This document shows positions 27,733 to 39,400 of a stretch of 64,000 nucleotides of DNA, one piece after another; within the stretch, counting starts at the first letter, position 1; each line of letters begins with the position of its first letter. A model generated the notes under the pieces. The model was not told the origin of the DNA. It searched no databases and was given only the letters and a program-made list of their open reading frames with translations. The position numbers were made by a program, and so were the translations under genes. Origin of the DNA: Octopus sinensis (lineage: Eukaryota); contig NC_043015.1 in assembly GCF_006345805.1 (NCBI RefSeq), forward strand, positions 19,344,001 to 19,408,000, read 5' to 3'.

Positions 27733-29369
27733 AAACATACACACATCACAGCTAAGCTAAAAAAATTTCTTGTTTTAATTGCTTCATGCATTCATTCATG
27801 TAACCCATAATACTAACATGTACTATTCCCTAAAACCTTAGTTCTCTCTCCCTGTTTCATAATGTTTACATCATCGTTCTCTAGTAAACCAGCCATGTGT
27901 ATTTTCTCTCATTTTAGTTGCTTCGTTCATTCATCTAACCCATAATACTAACATGTGCTATTCCCTAAAACATTAGTTTTCTTTCCCTGTCCCTAAAACA
28001 TTAGTTTTCTCTCCCTGTTTCCATCATTGTTCTCTAGTAAAAATGGCCATTGCTTATATATATATAAAATACTAGCAGAGATACCCGGCGTTGCCCATGT
28101 TACATGCAATTGAAGAATTAGACTTTTCTGTTATATTTTCTGTAATGAACTGGAATATCTATGTTTTGAATTTCATCTAAATTGCAGATGAGGGTTATTT
28201 CCCTCTTTACACACCCTAAAAAAATTGTAATCATGCCACATGCATCCCATACTACTGATTTTTATGTGCATATTCCAAAATCCAGTCTTATTGAACCTGA
28301 AAAATGAAGGTCATGGAGCACTAAAATGTGAGAGTTAAGGATCCTGTTGGGGATGGGTGTCTTAATGTCAAGCAGAGAAGTTGGATTGTTGAGAATCTTT
28401 TTAACTTGGGTCTTATATCTATTGTTTGAATTTTTTGAAATAGGAAACATATGTTCACTAGGTTTGTAAAAGAGAGCAAAGCTACAGGAAACCAAAAGAC
28501 GAATGATCACAATAAGCAGTCAGCTACCCTACCCTAGTCGTTACCACTCCCAATGTAGGATTCCTCACCAAGCAGGTGACAGGCACAGCCGTAAGATGCA
28601 TTATGAATCTATAGCAATTGGAAGGGCATGACCCAACTCAAATAAACATTAACAACTGTGTGACATGAGGGCTAAGGAGAAATGAAAGTGTCACCTCTGG
28701 AGTTTGCAAATGACCACTATACTGATACATAACTGGACAGAATAAATTTACAATCTATAAATGTCTTTGAAATCAATCAATATTACCATCTGGGGACTAT
28801 GTGTGACCCAATGATAATAAAAAGACTGAAAGGAAGTCTGCAATCAAATAACTTTACTCAACACTTTGCAACTGAATCAGTGGAGGCAAAGATGCCTCTC
28901 ACTTACTTGACAATTTATGCACCACGCTAGCATGGAAAGCGGACGCTAAATGATGATGATGATTGCAGAAATCACAATGTAAGTGTATGTCAAAGCAAAG
29001 TGTTACACTGTTGTACCATTGAATTACAAATAATGCTCATCTTTTATGCTCAGGTAACCCTACAGCTTCCAAGAGTACAACTGTATTCGTCTTTGCTTAG
29101 ATAAAATCACAAAATTGTGGGTGTTATGTCCCTATGGAGGGGTCTTTCTATCTTGTAAGATGAAATATTATAAATATTACTTCATTTGTGTCTACTATGT
29201 ATGGTTAAAATTTCATCAACAGCAAAAATATATGAATTGTCATGGGGGTTATGGCCCTTATGCATAGAATATAATTTCATAAAGATCCATTCAGTACTTT
29301 TGACCTAGTTTTGGATCATATAAGAAATGACTAAAATTTGGGAGTTAAGGCCCCCATTAGGGTGTTTTG

Positions 29370-29409
<40 letters not shown>

Positions 29410-30234
29410 AATTGATAGATACAACTGAGTGGGCAAACAAAAATATGAGACACTGCTTTTTTTTATGTTGATAAGCCTGGTACTTATTCTATTAGTTTTT
29501 CTTGTGAAACCAGTAAGTTATGGGGATGTAAATAAATGAACAGCAGTTGTGAAGCAGTGATGAGGGCGAAACACAGAGACAAAGACACACACATACACTT
29601 ACATATATACATACATATATATACGATTGATTTGTTTCAGTTCCTGTCTACAAAATCCATATATAAATTGATAGATACAACTGAGTGGGCAAACAATAAT
29701 ATGAGACACTGCCTAGTGCTTTTTTTTATTTTGATAAGCCTGGTACTTATTCTATCAGTTTCTTCTTGTGAAACCAGTAAGTTATGGGGATGTAAATAAA
29801 CAAACACCAGTTGTGAAGCAGTGATGAGGGAGAAACACAAAGACACACACATAGACTTACATATATACATACATATATATACGATTGATTTGTTTCAGTT
29901 TCTGTCTACAAAATCCACTGACAAGGCTTTGGTTGGTCTGAGGTTATAGCAGAAGACACATGCCAAGTTACCACACAGTGGGACTGAACTCAGGACCATG
30001 TGTTTTGGAACTAAGTTTATTACCACACAGCCACAGCTGCACCTATGTATGTGTGGGTGTGTGTTTGTATGAGTGTATATATGTATGCATGTATATATGT
30101 GTATATATATGTATACATATTACCTGTACATCTATATATACATCTACACATGTATACATATACATCTATATCTATAGAAATGCATCTATATATATACATG
30201 TATACATATACAGCTATACATATACATCTATATC

Positions 30235-30267
<33 letters not shown>

Positions 30268-30282
30268 AGCTATATGTATACA

Positions 30283-30322
<40 letters not shown>

Positions 30323-33300
30323 AATTTAATTTTAAAATAATAAGGGTGAAAAATTAAATATTAATTTGATTAATATGAATTTAAAACCAGTGGTGTAGCA
30401 TATAAGACCATAGCGGATCTTTATCTAGCATGTCCAGCTACAGTTCATCCCTGTTGTATGATAGTTTCTCTTTAATAGTTTCAGTATTAAAGTGAAAGCA
30501 TGTCACATGACAATAGAGAGATGTTTTTGTTTCACTTTTGACATGTAATACTGAAATAGTGGAGAAGATATGATATTGCTGTGGGATTGTACTAGGCAAA
30601 AAGTTTTAAAAATTTTTGCCCATGACACTTCATGGACCCTAAGTAAGGAATGTGTAAAATTTAAATGAAATTGGTTGTGTAGTTCTCAAGTTTTAGGGAT
30701 TCACACAGACAGACATACATTCTTAGTTTTATATATATAGATTATTAAAATTAATAATATCTACGAAAATTTATGTCAACACATTATCAAAGTAATTCAA
30801 ATTGGTGAAATCCTAACTGAACATCTGCAAAAATTTTAACTGTTAAAAAACACTAACAAAAAAAAATGCTAAACTAAATTTAACTTCATTCAACCAAGAG
30901 CAACATCATTGAATAACTAATTTACTTTATGAAAATAAAATATAAAAAATACCATACTAATTCCATATTGTTTTTGACAATTTGAAATCTACATAGAAAA
31001 AAAACTAAAATACGAGTATATTTATCTACAAATGACATCACAGGACATCTAAAGAACAAAAACTGTTGACAAGAATTCTACATTATACTTAATAGATAAC
31101 TCAAGAATAAAAACTACAGATAATAATTCTTAATAGAGACTTAGATATTTTACATCACAATAATTAATTACCTATTTATTTAATATAATAAACCCTTCTA
31201 TAGGAATTAGCCTTATATAATAACTGAAAAATTATTATATTCAGCAACATGTACAAGCACTGATGACCTCTCTGGATAATCAAAAAATAAAAATTGAAGA
31301 CAACTAAATACTAATTCATTATATTAAATTTTTGTTATAGGAATTAACCTTATTATATATTAATTGAAAAATTATTATAATTAACATTGTATACAATTAT
31401 TGATGACTAAGCTGGATAACTAAAGAATAAAATTGACAGATAATTAAATACCTATTTATTATTATATCATACCCTTTTATAGGAATTAAGATAAGTATAT
31501 AATAATTGAAAAATTATTATAATTAATAATATATACAATTCTTGATGATCTCAATGGATAATTAAAGAATAAAAATTATAGATAAGAATTTTACATTATG
31601 CTTAATTGAAGCTTCAATACTTTACATCGCTATAATTAATTACTCATTATATTAAACATTTTATTAGGAATTAACCTTATTCTATAATAGTTAATTTTTA
31701 AATTATAATTAATAATTGAAATATTTAAATGTCTTTCTAAATTTATGGCAATATCTTAAAGTTAAGTGTCCATTGAAATTCAATTAAATTAATTTAGAAG
31801 TGATTATAAAATACAATTCTTCAACACGAAGATCACAAGTAGAATTACCAATATTATACGACAGTGCATAACTAATAATGAACCACTTTAAATTGTACTT
31901 AATCCTATCCTTTAAATTCCAAATGCTTTTGCTAAGATTAGTAGAATTACATTTTCTTCTATATTTGAAGGAATTAGAATGATAAAATCTAGATTTCCAA
32001 CTAGTAGCAGAAGAACCAATATAACAATACTTATGATGTCTAGTTATTACTTCACACTCATATACTATATCCTTCTTTAAACACTGATTTTCTGAAGGGT
32101 ATGAAGTTTTGTTTACACAATTACACATGGATTTGTTCACTTGTAAATTGCCCTCATAGTTATAAGAATTTCTACTAACACCCATCTGTAAAATAGGTGT
32201 TAAGGTTGGATTATAATTATTATTATTATTAGAATTAATATTAATACAAGTTAGGAAAATAAGTGCAAAACAATGTGGATAAAATAGTTCTCAAATACCA
32301 AGGGTAGAGTAATATGCTTTATTATAAAAGCTACAAAATATTCGCAAAAATGCTCTGTGGAAATTTTGCATTTTTTATAATAAATTGTATATATATATAT
32401 ATATATATCTATATATATAAAGCTGTAGTTGTGTGAGTGTCTGTCCCCTTCGATTTAGATTCCTAACTACTCCCACATTTTGCGGTGCAGTTTAACCAAA
32501 TTTGGGTATCTTATAGTCGTGATTCATATCGAGCCCGTCTGAGTATTAGCGCGCGTCTACGATGAGTCTACGATTTTAAAAATAATTTAACATCATTTTT
32601 TATTCCATTTTAATGCATAATTTTTCGTGTTGGCGTCCATGGTCACACCTGCACCTGTTTGCTTCTCCCCCTTCTTCCCTCCCTCGTGAAGCTGTGGGGA
32701 AGGGAGTGTAAGGAAAAAACGTCGTAAAGCGTTGTCAAGGAGACCAGCGTTCTTTTAGAACAACGACTTCATGGCTTAAAGAGACCAAAACAGAAATGGC
32801 TAAGAAAGCCCGAATTGGCATCTATAAGGGAAGTAACTTTCTAAAAATGCTTATATAGTTATTTCCCTTACAAACCCGAGCAACGCCGGGCGATACTGCT
32901 AGTATATATATAAAACTTTAGTTGTGTGAGTGTCTGTCCCCTTCGATTTAGATTCCTAACTACTCCCACATTTTGCGGTGGAGTTTAACCAAATTCGGGT
33001 ATCTTATAGTTGTGATTCATATCGAGCCTGTCTGGGTATTAGCGCGCGTCTACGATGAGTCTACGATTTTAAAAATAATTTAACATCATTTTTTATTCCA
33101 TTTTAATGCATAATTTTTCATGTGTCGATGGCGGCGGAGTTGGCGTCCATGGTCATACCTGCACCTGTTTGCTTCTCCCCCTTCTTCCCTCCCTCGTGAA
33201 GCTGTGGGGAAGGGAGTGTAATGAAATCAACGTCGTAAAGCGTTGTCAAGGAGACCAGCGTTCTTTTAGAACAACGACTTCATGGCTTGAAAACACCAAA

Positions 33301-33413
33301 ACAGAAATGACTAAGAAAGCCCGAATTGGCATCTATAAGGGAAGTAACTCTCAAAAAATGCTTATATAGTTATTTCCCTTACAAACCCGAGCAACGCCGG
33401 GCGATACTGCTAG

Positions 33414-33444
<31 letters not shown>

Positions 33445-36400
33445 CCTCAAATAGATCTGCACATGTTTCTACTGCACTGGTATTATAGTAAGGTTGCAAT
33501 TGCAGCAGTTACCAATCAATGCAGTAGAAACATATATATATATATATATAGGGATCAAAACAGTTTTATTTAAATTCATTGGTACTCTTGAGTTTCATGT
33601 ATGGTGCTAGTCAGCCATTTCACACTTGAAACTCAAGAGTACCAACAAATTTGAATCAAACTATTTTGATGCATACATGTAACTCCCAATAAATTAGTTG
33701 AATGCCCTTCTTTTGTCTGTCCACTCACTCATGTATATATATATATAATTATTATAATTATTAATTATTTCAGAGAGGATTGTCTGTGGAGTCATATTTT
33801 GTAGTGATAAGAAATAACGGCCTTTTGGCTGCTATTTCTAAATTTTTCGGTATGTGGTCAAGCAACTTGTTGCTAAACCCTTAATTATTGTTATATATAT
33901 ATATGTAGAAGATATGAGAATATTTGTTAATCACCACAATTGTTTTGACCCATTTAGCATCAATCCCTTATGGGTAGGATACTAACAACTGGCTTAGGAG
34001 TATCTGTCAGTGTAGATGTGTCTCTAGGTGATTCAAGACTAATTTCATTAAAATTATGATTGTTCCGCAAGTCATCTTTTTGGTTTGTGTATAGAAAAGC
34101 AGCAAATTAAGGGATATAGAAGATCAATAATATTTAACAGATGCAAAAAGAAACAAATACCCAATTCAGCAAAAAATGTATTAAATATAACCATTAAAAG
34201 ATATGGATGTATAAACACCCTTAGGTGTACACCATATGATTTATTATCTAATCTGTATGTGTATATATATATGTATATATGGAATGTCAATGTATCATAT
34301 ATCTGAATAAGAAACACACTCTAAAGTAGAGAGCAGTGAAGTATTAAAATAATAAACTTAATGTCTGGTCATAGAGTGACCAATGGTTTCCCATCCACAA
34401 CCTGTAGCTTCATGAATTACTCATCAGACTCTAGTCCAAAGACAAATTTAACTCTTCACCTCTCAGAGATGGAAAATTGTTACAGTCAATGGTCATCAGA
34501 GAATAAAAACGACATACAAGGAGAGCTTCCATCTTCACTCTATGGTGCAGTACCAAAGAAGTGGCCTCATGGTTTCATGCTAACTGGGAGAGGGGAAGAG
34601 CAAGGTTCACACAATTTTTAACCGGTGATATTGAAAGGGTTGCTGATCAAGGCACTTCAGTTTCTGCAGGTATAATGCTCTAGCCATCTGTAGGGGAGCC
34701 AATAGGCACACACTTGATAGGCTTAGAAAGGACCCGATTAGTGTACTAGGCTCTATGTGACTCAAAATTACTATGGAGATGAATCTCACCACCATGGACT
34801 TCCTAAACCCACTGGATGCTAGTGCCTTGTAGTAGAGAGCATCATCATCAAAGATATCTTGACTAGAGGATAGATTCGAAATCCTCTTGCTCACACCCTT
34901 CACAAAGTTCTTGAACATGAGAGGTGGGTGGCAGGAGTCTATGGGTGTTAGCTAATAACTTTTCATGTTAGATGCATATCTAAAGGAGGCCCTTAGGTTG
35001 TTCCTGTTGCATCTAACATGAAAAGTTATTAGCTAACACCCATAAAACGTGGAAAGATACAGGTTGCTCTTGTAGGTGTACAATGACTGTCCAGTGGGAG
35101 GCCAATGCGAAGCCGAGGGAGTCATCTATGAAGCTGTGGTGACACCCAGGCCTAGCAACCATAGTAATAGCAGCAGTGGATCATCTAACAACGTCGGCAG
35201 CCACAGCAGCAGAAACACCGGCACTGACACCAACAGCCCCAATACCAGTGAAGCTACCAGTCTCACACCCAACTTTACAATCAATGGCACCCACACCACT
35301 ACCAGCAGCAATAACACCTAGCCTATGGCTAGGGATGACTACCACAACGATAACTACAGCTGCATTGCCAGACCTGCACATCAGTGATAACAGCACTGAC
35401 AGCAGCTCCAACAACAATATCCCCAGGCCCAGAGCCAACCAGAGATGCATCAGTAATTTGAACATAGCTAACACCCAAACCTAGAAATACATTGGATCAG
35501 CTGGTCTAGTATTCATGCAATGCTTGTACAACCACAGGTCCTCCTTCAGGATGCCAGAAAGACAATTTGTCACACCCCTGTCCAGCCATGTGTGGCACCT
35601 CAAAAATCATGGAACCCTATATGATATTGAGTGGAAGATCTTAGAACAGCCAAGCCCCTACATCAAACAGGAGCAGATGCTGCAAGCTCTGCATAGCTGA
35701 GTGAGCTAGGATACTTAAAGACTCCCTGAGACCTAGGTCACTGAACACTCACCAAGAAATCTTCACCCTATACATCCATTTCAAGCATTACCTGCTGCAA
35801 ACATGGGATACCACATTCACTGACTAAACCTGGAGGAGTCCTTACAATCCATTAGCAAACCAAGGGATAGATTGCTTATTCTCCTCTCCAAATAGCTGGT
35901 CAAGGGGAGATAACCTGTCCTCACTATCACCGGACTTTTTATACTCTGATGACCTTTTGACCATTGACTGTAACAACTTTCCAACTCCAAGTAGTGAAGA
36001 GTTAAATTTGTCTTCAGAGTAGAGTCTGATAAGACATCCACAAAGCTACAGCTTTCATCATCATCATCATCGTTTAACATCCGTTTTCCACGCTATGGCT
36101 ATGAAACCATTGGTCACTCTATGACCAGACATTACCTTTATTACTTTTATATATTTGTATATATATGTAATATCATGAGTAGGTTGCAGAACAAACAAAT
36201 ATAAGGTCATCCACGTAACATTTCATATCTCGAACATTTAATCACATAATGCTTTTTCTTTCATGTTACGTGGATGACCTTATATTTGTTTGTTCTGCAA
36301 CCATAGTTTAATAATATATTTGTCTCATTTAATTGAGCACTTCTATAGCAGTCCTATTAAACATTTTGTTCCTGATAAGAAACAATCACTTTATTATTAA

Positions 36401-39400
36401 TATTATCATGAGTAGGTGCATGAAGCAGTGATAGAGAGTAAACAAACTTAAAGCCAATTCAAATATGTCTGAGAAATATTTGAACCTGTAAAGGCTTTTC
36501 ACTGCAGTTTGTTGTGTTGAAAACATTTGCACATGAGACAAAGCAGTGTTAGAACACCATAGTCTGCTCAGAACACTCAATTGGACTGGTGAATGCATTT
36601 CAAGCTCATTAGTTCTCTTCAACTTAAACTTAAGTTTGTTTACTCCCCATCACTGCTTTCCACATCTACTCATTATATTTGTTGCCTTGAAATTGCACTA
36701 TATTTTCAGGAATTTCATTTTTATTTATTTGTGGAAGGCATGAATATAAAATGCTTATATTTCTTGTAAACCATTTTATAAGAAATCATTGTAAATTTAA
36801 TGCATTTTAAATTTCAGGATGGAATGATGGTGTTACATCTTTATTTCAATGGACATGGGATCTCCAAGTCAGTGTTCCAGGAAGTTCTTTATCAAGACCA
36901 GGTCAAGACCTAGAGAAAAGTTATGAAGGCATTGAGTGTGTTGAGTGTGCTAGCTGTTCTCTTGAAGATTTTGATTGGGACCGAGATGTCTTCACTATGG
37001 CTGCCGGTTGCTACATTTGTGCCAAACAATGGGATATATGTAAGTTTTATGGCCTTAACATGTTTTATTTGAAGAGAACCATCAGCTTTCTCTTCCTTTA
37101 AGGCTTACCTGTAGCTGTATGACAGCTGCCAAATATTGCTGTTATCTACATGCTATGAACTAATTTATTTCTACAATATAAAAGTTTAAAAGCCAAAAGT
37201 AATCTTTTGATAATAACGCAGAAGATTGCATTGATAAAAATATTAAATGCTAAACAGGCATGGCTGTGGTAAGAAGCTTGCTTCCTAACCACACAATTCC
37301 GGGTTCAGTTCCACTGCATGGCAACTTGAGCAAGTGTCTTCTACTATAGCCTTGGGCTGACCAAAACCTTGTGAGTAGATTTGTTAGACAGAAATTGAAA
37401 GAAGCCCTTCGTGTATATATATATATATTAAAATTAAAATGAGGGTGAAAAATTGGATATTAATTTCATAACATCAATTTTAACACCAGTGGTCTAGCAT
37501 ATAAAAAAACTGAGATTCAGTAAATAGTATTACATACATAAATATAAGAGGGAATTTTACCACTATGTGGAAACCCTTATGCTAGAAGAAGATCTGCTAT
37601 GGTCTTAACCACTAAGAATTGTTCTCTAGAAAATTTTAGCAAACACCAGAAACGTAAGTGAGCAAGACAAATGAAAAATAACAAAAATATAGATTAATCA
37701 CAAACAATTGTTTCACTATCAACAAATTACGTAATTTTACTTACATAATTTATCTGTAGATCTTCAGTATGATCGTCTACACGAATATAATTCGTAGAAC
37801 TACACGGCAGACATCAACATGAGGTCAAAAATGCATGCAGTTCTACCCATTACATTTGTGGTTACTTTTCAAAAGTTTTCATTTAGGCGTGCTAAATTAC
37901 CAGAAATTATACTGCATAAAATAATTCACTGCAGTAGCCTTTGCTGGTTTGAGAATGTATTAATTTAAAATTAAAATAAGGGTGAAAAATTGGATATTAA
38001 TTTGATATCATCAATTTGAACACCGGTGGTCTAGCATATAAAAAAACTGAGATTCAGTAAATAGTATTACATAAAAAATATAATTTGTCGAACTGCATGC
38101 CAAATATTAACATGAGGTCAGAGAGACGAACAGTTCAGCCGATTATATTCACAGTTACATTCAAATGCCCTCGTTCTGGCGAGCTAAATTCCCGGAAATA
38201 AATACTGCATAAGTAATTTACTGCAGTAGTTTACGCCGGTTTGAGAACATATTAATTTATATGGCGTGTAGTTCGACAAATTATATTTTTCATGACGTAC
38301 TCCACTGATGATCCGAGGATATTTATGTAAGTAATATTACATAATTTATTAACGGTGAAACAATTTTATGGGGTTAATCTTTATTTTCGTTATTTTTCAT
38401 TTGTCCTGCTCGCTTACATTCTTGGTGTGTTGAATTATTTCTTGAGAACAATTCTTAGTGGTTGAGTCCCTTTGCGGATCTATATCTAGCGTAAGAGCAT
38501 CCATATAGTGGATTCTCTCATAGTTGTGTATTAATAATATTTACTGAATCTCAGTCTTTTATACGCTAGGCCACTGGTGTTTAAATTGATGTTATTAAAT
38601 TAATATCCAATTTTTTCACCCTCATTTTGACTTTAATTATATATATATATAAATATGTTTGTGTATCTGTGTTTGTCCCCCCACCATCGCTTGACAACTG
38701 ATGTTGGTGTGTTTACATCCCCATAACTTAGTGGTTCAGTAAAAGAGACCGATAGAATAAGTACTAGGCTTACAAAGAATAAGCCTGGGGTCAATTCGTT
38801 CAACTAAAGGTGGTACTCTGGCATGGCCACAGTCAAATGACTGAAGCAAGTAAAAGAGAATAGCATATCTTAATAATTTCTTTCCTTACAAATGCATGAA
38901 GGACCATTTCAGAGTAAAATCTGGAAACTGCTAATAGGCTACACCAACAACACTTAGTTCATAAGAGATTTGAGAATGAGGAAGAGAAAATAAATAGGAT
39001 TAGACAAGTCAAGTCTTAACTTCACTTGATTAATAAAGTCGAGACGATTTTCAAATGATTGTCTCATAAATTAAATTTTACATTTATAATTCTTCTTCCA
39101 TATTTGATTTGCATGTATAGTTAGATGTACTGATACTTATATATATATAATATATATATGTGAAAATATTGCTGTATACATGGCCATCTATATGGTTGCA
39201 CATGTAAATAAGAATGCACAAGTATGTTTCTATTTACATGTATGGACAGATATATGTATTTGTGTATATAGAAACTGATACGTGTAAAAACGTACAAGGG
39301 ATATGCCCATATGTGTGTATGAATGTAAGCATGTATACTCATATATAAATCTGTATGAATATGTGTGAGTAGATAGATGTGTGTGTGTGTATGTAATCAA

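Noticed and set aside
31250-31560. CTGATGA/TTGATGA motifs in the AT-rich tandem repeat as hammerheads
   Set aside because: No GAAA at the right place and no convincing stems I and II.
17961-37039. Exons B and C are both exactly 222 nt
   Set aside because: No sequence similarity between them, so it is treated as coincidence.
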